Below, one piece after another: positions 45,154-54,250 of a stretch of 54,303 bases of DNA. This stretch comes from Clostridia bacterium (GTDB taxonomy: Bacteria; Bacillota; Clostridia; UMGS1883): NCBI GenBank assembly GCA_045596985.1, contig JAZODM010000019.1, positions 1 through 54,303 on the forward strand, given 5' to 3'. Each line of letters opens with the position of its first letter. Positions within the stretch are counted from its first letter, which is position 1. Both the position numbers and the translations under genes were made by a program. A model generated the notes under the pieces. The model had not been told where the DNA came from, made no database searches, and saw nothing but the letters and a program-made list of their open reading frames with translations.

Positions 45154-45169
45154 TGTTTCACGTGAAACA
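45154..45169. promoter_or_regulatory. parS site (perfect TGTTTCACGTGAAACA) upstream of soj-spo0J
   Basis: Exact 16-bp palindrome, extended to 22 bp (AAATGTTTCACGTGAAACATTT). It overlaps the -35 position of the upstream TATAAT. Confidence 0.9.
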
Positions 45170-45218
45170 TTTTTTTATCTTTTTTTGCAAAAAAAGCCGC
45201 ATTTTTTTAAAAATGCGA

Positions 45219-46016
45219 CTACCTTTTATATATTTTTAAAGAAAATTCGCCATATTCTTCGTTTTCCTGCTGAAAAAGCTCTACCCTTGCCCCGTTTCTC
45301 TTAAGCAGCTCCACCGTTTTTTTTATGGTATTTATGTATACGGGCATTTTTTCCTTTGTGCTTTTATCTTTAAAGGATTTAGATTCCCATATGCGCTTTT
45401 GCGCCATTTCCTTTACTTCTTCTTTTATTGCTTTTGAAAAGCTGGTAAAAGACCAATCCTCTTTTTCCGCTTTTTCTATGATTTCAAGCTGCTTTTCCTC
45501 ATCGCGCAGCTTTAAAAGTTCCTTTGCAAACTTTTCATTATACCCTTTTTCCTCAATTTTATACCTGACCTTTTCGCTTAGTCCCAGAAGACGCACTTTA
45601 TCATTAATTCTTAACCATTCAAGACAAAGAACTCCGAGAAGCTTCTCCCTCTTTATCCTATGATATGCCATCAAATTATAGTACCCCTCCGCCTCCTCGC
45701 AAAAAGAGAGGTTTTCACGCTGTAGATTTTCTATAAGTGTAAGCTGGGCGCACTGCGCATCCCCTGCCTTCACAATAATAGCGGGGACTTCCTTTATACC
45801 TGCCATTATTGCTGCCCTTAGTCGCCTCTGTCCGCATACAAGCTCAAACCCGCCAAAAGCCCCCCGCACAATAACAGGGGAGAGCATTCCGTTTTCCTTT
45901 ATGGAGAGGGAAAGCTCCTCCAGCTTTTTCCTATCAAAATTTCTTCTTATCTGATAGGGGTTTGGGGAAATATCAGCAGTCTTTATCATTTTAATCTTCT
46001 GTGTGGTGCGTATCAT
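45219..46016 (-). CDS. ParB-family paralog (Noc/Spo0J-like) with divergent motifs
   Basis: ParB N-domain (ISPNPYQIRRNFD, IENLQRENL), but GQRRLRAA replaces GERRxRA and the HTH region is divergent (LEWLRINDKVRLL). Confidence 0.8.
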   Translation of the reverse strand: MIRTTQKIKMIKTADISPNPYQIRRNFDRKKLEELSLSIKENGMLSPVIVRGAFGGFELVCGQRRLRAAIMAGIKEVPAIIVKAGDAQCAQLTLIENLQRENLSFCEEAEGYYNLMAYHRIKREKLLGVLCLEWLRINDKVRLLGLSEKVRYKIEEKGYNEKFAKELLKLRDEEKQLEIIEKAEKEDWSFTSFSKAIKEEVKEMAQKRIWESKSFKDKSTKEKMPVYINTIKKTVELLKRNGARVELFQQENEEYGEFSLKIYKR

Positions 46017-46139
46017 AGTAAACAGTCCTTTCTATGATACTATTTTAACATACAAACAAGACATATTAAAGATAAAGTTTTCGCCTTATTCCCGCCATTT
46101 TTCTTTTAAAAACGCTCTATTTTTCCTATTTTGACAATT

Positions 46140-46853
46140 TTAAACAATCGGCTCTTTACTCGGCTTGCCTGCCTTTCTGGGGTATTTTGAAGGTGTATTT
46201 GAAATTTTCTTGATTATTACAAGGCAGTGGTTAATTCCCGACGGCAAAAATACTTCCTTAACCTCTTCTATCTGTCCGCCCATTTCCTTTATGGCGCGTT
46301 TTGCGTTATTTATTTCTTCTTCGGGTGCATTTCCCTTTAATGCAACAAAATATCCGCCAACTCTTACAAACGGCAGCGCATATTCAGCAAGAACTGCAAG
46401 GTCTGCAACGGCGCGCGCCGTCGCCACATCAAATTTTTCACGCAGAGCTTTATCCTTTCCGCCGTCTTCTGCACGAAAATGGATTGCTCTTGCTTTTTCT
46501 ATACCCAAGTTGTTAATTACCTCGTTTAAAAAGCCAATACGTTTATTAAGCGAATCAAGCATTGTGAGGTTTATGTCCTCTCTTACTATCTTGACGGGAA
46601 GCGACGGAAACCCAGCACCTGCGCCTATATCAATCAGGCTGCAGCCTTCCTGAAGCTTTTTACTTGTTATAAGCGTAAGGGAATCAAGAAAATGCTTTTC
46701 TCTTATTTCATCAGGCTCTGTAATTGCAGTAAGATTCATAACCTCATTATACTCAAGCATTATTTGCGCATATTTTTCAAGATTATTTTGCATTTTTGGA
46801 GTGATTTCTATATCAAATTTAGCAGCTTCTTTTATTAAATCCATTTTTATCAC
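46140..46853 (-). CDS. rsmG: 16S rRNA (guanine527-N7)-methyltransferase
   Basis: GidB pattern ([35 protein letters not shown]). Confidence 0.9.
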   Translation of the reverse strand: MIKMDLIKEAAKFDIEITPKMQNNLEKYAQIMLEYNEVMNLTAITEPDEIREKHFLDSLTLITSKKLQEGCSLIDIGAGAGFPSLPVKIVREDINLTMLDSLNKRIGFLNEVINNLGIEKARAIHFRAEDGGKDKALREKFDVATARAVADLAVLAEYALPFVRVGGYFVALKGNAPEEEINNAKRAIKEMGGQIEEVKEVFLPSGINHCLVIIKKISNTPSKYPRKAGKPSKEPIV

Positions 46854-48724
46854 CTTTTCTCATCATTCTTTGTTGCAAGGTAAATAAGAAGGACACCTAT
46901 GTCCGCAGGGCTTACACCGCTTATTCTGCTTGCCCTTCCTATATTTTCGGGGCGCATTTTTTCAAGTTTCTGGCGTGCCTCTGTCCTAAGGCCGTAAACC
47001 TTTGAATAATCAATATCCTGAGGTATCATTTTCTTTTCATTTTTTGAAAAACGCTCTACCTGTTCAAACTGCCTTTTAATATATCCTTCGTATTTTACTG
47101 CAATTTCAGCCTGCTGCCAGTGTGTTTTTTCAAGCTCAGGCCTTTCTTTGTCAAAAGGAGCAAGCTCTTCATAACAAAGCTCCGGTCTTCTAATAAGCTC
47201 TGCAAGCTTAATACCGGTTGTAAGGAGTTGACTTCCATTTTTTTCCAGATATTCGTTAATTTCTTTTGTCGGCGCGATGTTTACAGAATTAATTCGTTCT
47301 ATCTCTTTTTCTATATTTTCTTTTTTCTCAAGGAATTTTTTGTATCTTTCCTCTGAAATAAGGCCTATTTCATATCCTTTGGGAGTAAGGCGCAAATCTG
47401 CATTGTCCTGGCGCAACAAAAGTCTGTATTCTGCCCTTGAGGTAAGCATTCTGTAAGGCTCATTCGTTCCTTTTGTAACAAGGTCGTCTATCAAGACCCC
47501 TATATATGCCTCACTCCTGTCAAAAACAACGCTGTCAAGACCCTTTAGCTTTCTTGCCGCGTTTATCCCTGCCATAAGTCCCTGCGCCGCAGCCTCTTCA
47601 TATCCGCTCGTTCCGTTGAACTGCCCTGCTCCGAAAAGACCGGGTATTTCGCGCATTTCAAGTGACGGCTTTAGCTGCAACGGGTCGCAGCAGTCATATT
47701 CTATTGCATATGCACTGCGCATTATTTCAACATTTTCAAGGCCTTTCATCGTTTTTAGCATGGAAAGCTGAACATCCTCAGGAAGGCTCGTACTCATTCC
47801 CTGAAGGTACATTTCCTGTGTAGAAAGGCCCATAGGCTCTATAAATATCTGATGACGCTCTCTGTCTGCAAAGCGTACAACCTTATCCTCTATAGAGGGG
47901 CAGTATCTCGGCCCTATTCCGTCGATAAGACCGTTAAAAAGAGGACTTCTGTGAAGATTTTCTCTTATTATCTCGTGTGTTTTCGTATTTGTGTACGTAA
48001 GATAACAGCAAACCTTATTTTCCTCCTCCTTTGTTGTTTCAAAGGAAAACGGAACAATTTCCTCGTCGCCCTCCTGCTTTTCAAGAACAGAAAAATCAAC
48101 ACTTCTTGCGTGAATTCTTGTAGGCGTTCCCGTTTTAAAGCGCATCATTTCAACACCTAATTTCTGCAGACTTTCACTAAGTCCGTTTGACGGGAAAAGT
48201 CCGTCAGGGCCGCCGCTGTAGGCAGTTTCGCCTATTATTATTTTGCTTTCAAGATACGTCCCCGTTGAAATTATGACGCATTTAGAATAAAATTTTGTAC
48301 CCGTATGTATGGTAAGGGTAAATATATCGTTATCTTTTTGAATTTCTTTTACCTCGGCCTGCCTTATATAAAGATTTTTTTGCTCTTCAAGGCGCTTTTT
48401 CATTTCAATCTGATATGCGCGTCTGTCTGCCTGCGCGCGCAATGAATGTACCGCAGGCCCTTTCCTGAGGTTGAGCATCCTTGTCTGAAGTTTTGTGAGG
48501 TCTGCCACCTTTCCCATTTCACCGCCAAGTGCATCTATCTCCCTCACAAGGTGACCCTTCGCCGTTCCGCCTATGCTTGGATTACACGGCATATTTGCAA
48601 TGGAATCAAGGTTTATTGTAAGGAGAATTGTCCTCATTCCAAGCCTTGCTGATGCGAGTGCCGCCTCACATCCTGCGTGACCTGCACCTATAACGGCTAT
48701 ATCGTAATTAAATGTGTTATCCAT
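46850..48724 (-). CDS. mnmG: tRNA uridine-5-carboxymethylaminomethyl modification enzyme MnmG
   Basis: [19 protein letters not shown] motif; about 624 aa. The ATG at 48724 follows GGAGGA by 4 nt. The track start at 48736 has no SD. Confidence 0.95.
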   Translation of the reverse strand: MDNTFNYDIAVIGAGHAGCEAALASARLGMRTILLTINLDSIANMPCNPSIGGTAKGHLVREIDALGGEMGKVADLTKLQTRMLNLRKGPAVHSLRAQADRRAYQIEMKKRLEEQKNLYIRQAEVKEIQKDNDIFTLTIHTGTKFYSKCVIISTGTYLESKIIIGETAYSGGPDGLFPSNGLSESLQKLGVEMMRFKTGTPTRIHARSVDFSVLEKQEGDEEIVPFSFETTKEEENKVCCYLTYTNTKTHEIIRENLHRSPLFNGLIDGIGPRYCPSIEDKVVRFADRERHQIFIEPMGLSTQEMYLQGMSTSLPEDVQLSMLKTMKGLENVEIMRSAYAIEYDCCDPLQLKPSLEMREIPGLFGAGQFNGTSGYEEAAAQGLMAGINAARKLKGLDSVVFDRSEAYIGVLIDDLVTKGTNEPYRMLTSRAEYRLLLRQDNADLRLTPKGYEIGLISEERYKKFLEKKENIEKEIERINSVNIAPTKEINEYLEKNGSQLLTTGIKLAELIRRPELCYEELAPFDKERPELEKTHWQQAEIAVKYEGYIKRQFEQVERFSKNEKKMIPQDIDYSKVYGLRTEARQKLEKMRPENIGRASRISGVSPADIGVLLIYLATKNDEKR

Positions 48725-48753
48725 AATTTCCTCCATACTTAATAACTAAAGCT

Positions 48754-48915
48754 ATAAAAGGGGGTTTGTTAAGGGGATACCCCTTTACATAAAATTCGTT
48801 AAAATCGGGGGCGTGTACCTCGATTTTAACTCCTTACAAGGGCTACCGCGGTGAGCGGTGCGCGAGCGTAAGCCCTTATCTCGAAAGAGAATGTTTTGCT
48901 TGCAAAACTTCTTTT
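48754..48915 (-). repeat. Multi-hairpin interspersed repeat, copy C (lacks H0)
   Basis: The reverse complement aligns with copy B from AAAAAGAAGTTTTGCAAGCAAAAC to CCCCTTAACAAACCCC. It starts directly at the mnmE stop codon and fills most of the mnmE-mnmG spacer. Confidence 0.88.
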
Positions 48916-50247
48916 TCACTTACCGAGGCAGAATTTTTCAAATATCCTGTCTACGGTTTCCTGATTAATACTTATACCCTCAGCCTCTCCCAAAAAAGCT
49001 ACCGCCTGACCGATGTCTATGGCTGCAAGGTCACTGAAAAATCCCTCTTCAAGTGTAGCGATTGCTTTTTTAATGCTTTCAGATGCGCGCAGCACAGCTT
49101 CATACTGCCTTTCGTTTGCTATAAATGCACTTGATGGGGTGTTTCCCACAATATCTGAAACAGCTTTTTTTATTTTATCTATTCCCTCGTTATTTTTTGC
49201 ACTTATTTCTATATATTCTTCTTTTATATTATCTTTTAAATCAACCTTATTTGCAACGAGAATATATTCCTTCTCCTTTATTTTTTTGAGGATTTCCTCC
49301 TCTTCTTTTGTAAGACTGCGTCCGCTTTCCGTTACAAAGATACATATGTCTGCGCTTTCTATATAATCAAACGATTTTTCAACGCCTATACTCTCTACCA
49401 CATCTTCGCTTTCGCGTATTCCCGCAGTATCACCGAATTTTACAGGAATTCCGTCTATATCCGTATATTCCTCTACTACATCACGGGTTGTTCCTGCTAT
49501 ATCTGTCACTATTGCCTTCTTTTTTTCGACAAGCGCATTTAAAAGTGAGCTTTTACCCGTATTTGGTATTCCGCAGATTGCACACGTTATTCCGTTATTA
49601 AGTGCCTCACCGCGTCTTGCCGTTTTTTTAAGAGATTCTAACTCATCTTTTATATTTTCAAGCTTTTCCTTTAGCTCTCCGCCTGCAAACGTATCAATGT
49701 CCTCTTCGGGAAAATCACTTGAAACCTGTATTGCCGCCAGTAAATCAAGAAGAAGCTGCCTTATCTTTATAATCGGCTTTGTTATCGCACCCTCTAATCT
49801 GTTTACTGCCGCAAATAACGCTTTATCCGTCTTTGCCTCTATTATATCATTTACCGCCTCTGCCTGGGTAAGGCTCATTTTTCCGTTTAAAAATGCCCTT
49901 TTTGTAAATTCACCTTTTTTTGCCATAGATGCTCCGTTTTCAAGGAGTGCATCTATTATTCTTTCCACACTCAGGGGGGAGCCGTGGCAGCTTATTTCGC
50001 ACACATTTTCACCGGTAAAGGAATTAGGTTTCCTAAAAACCGATACAAGACATTCGTCAATTTCCTTTTCTTCAAAAACTGCCTTTCCATAGACTATGGT
50101 ATATCCGTCAGCCTCTGTTATTTTTTTATTTGATTTTATTACTTTTTCCGTTATAGAAAGTGCGTTTTCACCACTCACCCTTATAACGGCAATTCCACCC
50201 TTACCACGTGGGGTAGAGAGGGCACAAACCGTATCATTTTCAAACAT
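48916..50247 (-). CDS. mnmE: tRNA modification GTPase MnmE
   Basis: GGIAVIRVSG, G-domain GIPNTGKSSL / DTAGIR / NKVDL, and C-terminal FCLGK. Confidence 0.95.
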   Translation of the reverse strand: MFENDTVCALSTPRGKGGIAVIRVSGENALSITEKVIKSNKKITEADGYTIVYGKAVFEEKEIDECLVSVFRKPNSFTGENVCEISCHGSPLSVERIIDALLENGASMAKKGEFTKRAFLNGKMSLTQAEAVNDIIEAKTDKALFAAVNRLEGAITKPIIKIRQLLLDLLAAIQVSSDFPEEDIDTFAGGELKEKLENIKDELESLKKTARRGEALNNGITCAICGIPNTGKSSLLNALVEKKKAIVTDIAGTTRDVVEEYTDIDGIPVKFGDTAGIRESEDVVESIGVEKSFDYIESADICIFVTESGRSLTKEEEEILKKIKEKEYILVANKVDLKDNIKEEYIEISAKNNEGIDKIKKAVSDIVGNTPSSAFIANERQYEAVLRASESIKKAIATLEEGFFSDLAAIDIGQAVAFLGEAEGISINQETVDRIFEKFCLGK

Positions 50248-50343
50248 TTATATCACCTCTAAAAAAAAGAGGCAAAAGAATTTTTCTCATAAGAATAGTT
50301 TTCTTACAAGAAAGACCTTTCACCTCTTTCTCTCTTTATTTAT

Positions 50344-51036
50344 TTACTCTGTTTTAAGCTCGTTTTCCTTACGGTTATAACGATACTTTGACACATAATC
50401 ACTGCCGTATTCTTTTTTCTTTGTTGTTATTACTATGCAGCGATTGGGATCCTTACCCGTGGAATATGTTGTTATATTTTTATATTCCTGAAGAGTAGAA
50501 TGTATTATTCTTCTTTCATTGGGGTTCATCGGCTCGAGTGTTACGCTCTTTCTGCTTCTTGAAACAATGCCTGCCATCCTTTTTGCAAGTTTTTTAAGAG
50601 TTTCTTCCCTTTTACCTCTGTAATTTTCAGTATCAATAGTAACTCTTATATAATTTTCCTCACCCTTGTTTACAACAAGTGATGTAAGGTATTGAAGCGC
50701 GTCAAGCGTATCTCCCCTTCTTCCTATTACCTTTCCAACCTCTTCGCTGTCGCCTACAATTTCTATGTTTACTGTTTCATCCTCATAGGAAGATTTCAAA
50801 GCTGCTTCTATTCCAAAGCTCTTAATTATATCAGACACATAATTTTCTGCCTTTTTAAGGGGATTTTCCTCCATAGAAACCTTTACCCTTGCTTCCTCAG
50901 CGCCAAGTCCCAGTATACCTCTTTTTCCTTCGTTTATTACTTCTATCTCAACATCGTCCCTTGATGCGCCAAGCTCTCTGAGTGCAGCTTCAACAGCTTC
51001 ATCAATGGTTTTTCCGCTTTTTTCTATTATTATCAT
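50344..51036 (-). CDS. jag: Jag/KhpB RNA-binding protein (Jag_N, KH, R3H)
   Basis: MIIIEKSGKTIDEAVEAALRELG, the KH segment VIGRRGDTLDALQYL, and R3H EPMNPNERRIIH. Confidence 0.88.
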   Translation of the reverse strand: MIIIEKSGKTIDEAVEAALRELGASRDDVEIEVINEGKRGILGLGAEEARVKVSMEENPLKKAENYVSDIIKSFGIEAALKSSYEDETVNIEIVGDSEEVGKVIGRRGDTLDALQYLTSLVVNKGEENYIRVTIDTENYRGKREETLKKLAKRMAGIVSRSRKSVTLEPMNPNERRIIHSTLQEYKNITTYSTGKDPNRCIVITTKKKEYGSDYVSKYRYNRKENELKTE

Positions 51037-51868
51037 AATTATCTTTCCTTTCAGAAGGCATATCTTCTTCCATTTTTTTATTTATTACATTTGTTATTAC
51101 AGCTTGCTGAATTATCTGTGCCACAGTTGAAACAAACCAGTAAAGTGACATTCCTACCGGCATTGTATACGTGAAAAATGCCGTCATTATAGGCATAATG
51201 GTCATCATTGAATTTGACATTGACTGCGCCTGCTCATTTGCGCCGTTACTGCTTGATTGCATCTGCTTTTTTGAAATCTGTGCAGACCATATCGTCGATA
51301 AAACTGCTAAAACAGGGAATATCCAAACAAGTAAATCAGTCTCATTTCCCTTTACCATACGTGTAAGATCTATTCCCCAGAAATCAAAGTTAATGGGTTT
51401 TTTACCAAGGGCTATTATCTGCTCACTCACGCCCTCCATCCCGCAAAGCGTTACCTGATACGTTGTTACGGTAGCACCAACCGCCTCTTTAATTTTATCA
51501 ATCTGGTCAACACTGAGCTGAAGAATATATCTGAGCGGGTCATATACAACACGTATAAATCCGAAAAGTACAAACATCTGCACTATAAGGGGAAGACATC
51601 CGCCCATAGGATTTACATCGTGCTTTCTGTAAAGCTTTTGCATTTCTATGCTAAGCTTTTCTTTATCATTTTTATATTTTTGCTGCAGCTTTTGAAGCTC
51701 CGGCTGAATAAGCTGAGTTTTAGACGTACTTTTCTGAGACATTACAGTAAGCGGAATTGTAAGAATTCTTATAAGAATAGTAACTATTATAAGAGTAATT
51801 CCGTAATTTTCTATTATGTTGTAAATAAACCTTGTCAAAAAGGCAAGGGGCTCTGCTAAAATATACAT
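51002..51868 (-). CDS. yidC: Membrane protein insertase YidC/SpoIIIJ
   Basis: 60-kDa IMP core (GGCLPLIVQMFVLFGF, LYWFVS) and a basic C-terminal tail. Overlaps jag by 35 nt. Confidence 0.9.
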   Translation of the reverse strand: MYILAEPLAFLTRFIYNIIENYGITLIIVTILIRILTIPLTVMSQKSTSKTQLIQPELQKLQQKYKNDKEKLSIEMQKLYRKHDVNPMGGCLPLIVQMFVLFGFIRVVYDPLRYILQLSVDQIDKIKEAVGATVTTYQVTLCGMEGVSEQIIALGKKPINFDFWGIDLTRMVKGNETDLLVWIFPVLAVLSTIWSAQISKKQMQSSSNGANEQAQSMSNSMMTIMPIMTAFFTYTMPVGMSLYWFVSTVAQIIQQAVITNVINKKMEEDMPSERKDNYDNNRKKRKNH

Positions 51869-51883
51869 TTTCTTTCTCCTTTT

Positions 51884-52102
51884 TTACGGAACGGGGTCAT
51901 ATCCACCTTTACAAAAGGGATTACACCTTAAAATTCTCCTTACAGACAAATAAAGCCCCTTTAAAACACCGTACTTCTCAACAGCCTCAATGGCATATTG
52001 TGAGCATGTCGGCGTAAAGCGGCAGCAAGGTTTTTTAAGCGGAGATATATATTTTCTGTAAAGCTTAACTACACATATAATAATTTTCTTAATCAAGCTC
52101 AT
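51884..52102 (-). CDS. yidD: Membrane protein insertion efficiency factor YidD
   Basis: [45 protein letters not shown] is the hallmark CRFxPTCSxY motif. The track ORF extends to 52135. Confidence 0.88.
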   Translation of the reverse strand: MSLIKKIIICVVKLYRKYISPLKKPCCRFTPTCSQYAIEAVEKYGVLKGLYLSVRRILRCNPFCKGGYDPVP

Positions 52103-52445
52103 CCCTTTTAAGAAGCCCGCTGTCATAAAGCGCACCCTTCAAATCTTTTCCAATCTCTTCATAATTTGCAAATGCAGCACTTTTCCTTGCTACAATTACA
52201 ATATCATATCCGTTGGATATACCCTCTAAAAGTCGGTAGTTTTCTTTTAAAAGCCTTCTGATTCTGTTTCTTTTAACTGCGTTTCCCACTTTCGGTGAAA
52301 CGGTTATTCCCAGTCTATTATAGGAAAATCTGTTTTTTCTGTAATATATAACCAGTCTTTTTTTAACCTGGGAGCTTCCTCTGTAATAAAGCCTTTTAAA
52401 ATCACTGTTTTCTTTAATGGATACTGTTTTCATTTTTTTACACAC
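52089..52445 (-). CDS. rnpA: Ribonuclease P protein component
   Basis: Basic 118-aa protein containing [23 protein letters not shown] (RNR motif), lying downstream of rpmH. Confidence 0.9.
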   Translation of the reverse strand: MCKKMKTVSIKENSDFKRLYYRGSSQVKKRLVIYYRKNRFSYNRLGITVSPKVGNAVKRNRIRRLLKENYRLLEGISNGYDIVIVARKSAAFANYEEIGKDLKGALYDSGLLKRDELD

Positions 52446-52463
52446 AGAGTGTGTTCTTTCTGC

Positions 52464-52598
52464 TCAGGCAGAAAGAACACGTCTGCCTCTCTGACGGCGT
52501 CTTCTGAGAACCTTTCTTCCGTTAGCGGTACTCATTCTTTTTCTAAAGCCGTGATCCTTTTTTCTTTTTCTTACATTTGGCTGATAAGTTCTGAGCAT
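52464..52598 (-). CDS. rpmH: 50S ribosomal protein L34
   Basis: [44 protein letters not shown] (44 aa), with SD GGAGGTG upstream. The track's 80-aa ORF is an upstream extension. Confidence 0.96.
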   Translation of the reverse strand: MLRTYQPNVRKRKKDHGFRKRMSTANGRKVLRRRRQRGRRVLSA

Positions 52599-52674
52599 TT
52601 TTGTGCACCTCCTCATTTTATAAAAAGCCTTTAAGGGGCTATTCTTCTCAATCATATCATAACGATACCAACAT

Positions 52675-52703
52675 AGTATACATAAACTTGTCTTTTTTGT
52701 CAA
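52675..52703 (-). promoter_or_regulatory. SigA-type promoter of the rpmH-rnpA operon
   Basis: The minus strand reads TTGACA (52703-52698), a 17-nt spacer, then TATACT (52680-52675). Confidence 0.75.
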
Positions 52704-52731
52704 CAATTATTTTATTTTTTTTAATTTTAAG

Positions 52732-52760
52732 TTGAATTTTGATCTATTATTTGGTATAAT
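52732..52760 (+). promoter_or_regulatory. SigA-type promoter of dnaA
   Basis: TTGAAT (52732-52737), a 17-nt spacer, then TATAAT (52755-52760), about 165 nt upstream of the ATG. Confidence 0.65.
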
Positions 52761-52782
52761 AAATTGAATGTTTATTTTTAAG

Positions 52783-52875
52783 TTTTTAACAGTTTTATTG
52801 CTTATTTTTGAGTTATTAACAGATTTTTTGCGAATATGCCTTAATTTGGCTACTTTTTAACAGTTTTTATTAACA
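52783..52875 (+). promoter_or_regulatory. Cluster of four same-strand 9-mers TT(T/A)TTAACA (candidate non-canonical DnaA boxes / oriC part)
   Basis: TTTTTAACA at 52783-52791 and 52854-52862. TTATTAACA at 52813-52821 and 52867-52875. All lie between the dnaA promoter and the ATG. No CCACA or TGTGG core occurs in 52707-52925. Confidence 0.5.
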
Positions 52876-52925
52876 AGCCTGTTTAAAACTTTCATTCTTT
52901 TATTATTTATAAAGGACTGTTTATT

Positions 52926-54230
52926 ATGGTATCTGATTTAATCAAAATGTGGACAGAATGTCTCATTCTTTTAGAGGAGGAGGTTACTCCTGTAGGGTTT
53001 AATACGTGGATAAAGGATATTAAGCCGCTTAATATGAATGATACTACACTTACTCTTTCTGTAAGTACGTCAATTATCAAAAATATGGTAGAGATGCGCT
53101 ATTGTGACCTTATTAAAAACACAGTTGCGCAGATAACGGGTAAAATCTACGATATTGAATTTGTGATAGGCGATAATTTTTCCTCACAAACTAAAAAGGC
53201 AGATTACCACAATACTTATCAGAAATATACTTTTGATAATTTTGTAGTAGGTAATTCAAATCGTTTTGCACAAAGTGCGTCACTTGCCGTTGCAGAATCA
53301 CCTGCATATGCATATAACCCTCTTTTTCTCCACGGTGGAGTGGGTCTTGGAAAAACGCATCTTATGCACGCTATAGGTAATTACATAAAGGCTAATGACC
53401 CCGACGCAAAGATTGAATTTTTAAGTGCAGAAACCTTTACTAATGAGCTTATAAATTCAATTAAAGATAATAAAAATCAGGAGTTTCGTGATAAATACAG
53501 AAATATTGATGTACTGCTTGTTGACGATATTCAGTTCATTGCAGGAAAAACAACAACCGAGGAGGAGTTTTTCCACACCTTTAACACCCTTCACGAGGCT
53601 AATAAACAGATAGTACTTACAAGCGACAGACCGCCTAATGAAATAAGAACACTTGAAGAAAGGCTTCGTTCAAGATTTGGATGGGGACTTATCTGTGATA
53701 TTCAGCCGCCTGATTACGAGACGAGAATTGCTATTTTACGTAAAAAGGCACAGAATGAAAATATAATTATAAGCGACGAAATAATAGAGTTTATAGCACA
53801 AAAGATAAAGTCAAACATTCGTGAGCTTGAAGGTGTATTTAACAGAGTTGTTGCTTACCGCGGACTTATAAATAAAGAAATAACCATTGATGTTGCGATG
53901 GAGGCTCTTAAGGATTACGGTGAAAGCAGTGAAAAGAAAATAACCCCCGACTATATTATAGAGAGCTGTGCTAAATTTTATAATGTTAAGAAAGAGGATA
54001 TTTATTCTGAAAAAAGAAATAAGGAGATTGCCTTTGCACGTCAGGTTTCCATCTATATTATAAGGGAAATTACAAATTATTCTTTCCCTAAAATAGGTGA
54101 TATTTTTGGAAAAGACCACGCAACTGCAATTTATGCCATAAAGCAGATTACAAAGCTTATGGAAAATGATTTAAGCGTTAAAATTAATATAGAAGGACTT
54201 ATAAATGACATAAAGGGCGCAGCTAATTAA
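52926..54230 (+). CDS. dnaA: Chromosomal replication initiator protein DnaA
   Basis: AAA+ Walker A GGVGLGKTHL, Walker B LLVDDIQF, sensor RSRFGWGL, and a C-terminal domain IV with the atypical signature FGKDHATAIYA. Confidence 0.96.
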   Translation: MVSDLIKMWTECLILLEEEVTPVGFNTWIKDIKPLNMNDTTLTLSVSTSIIKNMVEMRYCDLIKNTVAQITGKIYDIEFVIGDNFSSQTKKADYHNTYQKYTFDNFVVGNSNRFAQSASLAVAESPAYAYNPLFLHGGVGLGKTHLMHAIGNYIKANDPDAKIEFLSAETFTNELINSIKDNKNQEFRDKYRNIDVLLVDDIQFIAGKTTTEEEFFHTFNTLHEANKQIVLTSDRPPNEIRTLEERLRSRFGWGLICDIQPPDYETRIAILRKKAQNENIIISDEIIEFIAQKIKSNIRELEGVFNRVVAYRGLINKEITIDVAMEALKDYGESSEKKITPDYIIESCAKFYNVKKEDIYSEKRNKEIAFARQVSIYIIREITNYSFPKIGDIFGKDHATAIYAIKQITKLMENDLSVKINIEGLINDIKGAAN

Positions 54231-54250
54231 CAGCTTCCTGTTAATTAACA
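54224..54250 (+). promoter_or_regulatory. Two TAATTAACA 9-mers flanking a TTAACAG-CTTC-CTGTTAA hairpin at the dnaA stop
   Basis: TAATTAACA at 54224-54232 (overlapping the stop codon) and 54242-54250. A related TTTTTAAACAG lies near 54285-54295. Same core as the upstream 9-mers. Confidence 0.4.

Noticed and set aside
52464-52706. 80-aa version of the rpmH ORF
   Set aside because: L34 is a conserved 44-aa protein. The internal ATG at 52598 has an SD, and the predicted rpmH promoter (52675-52703) lies inside the long ORF.
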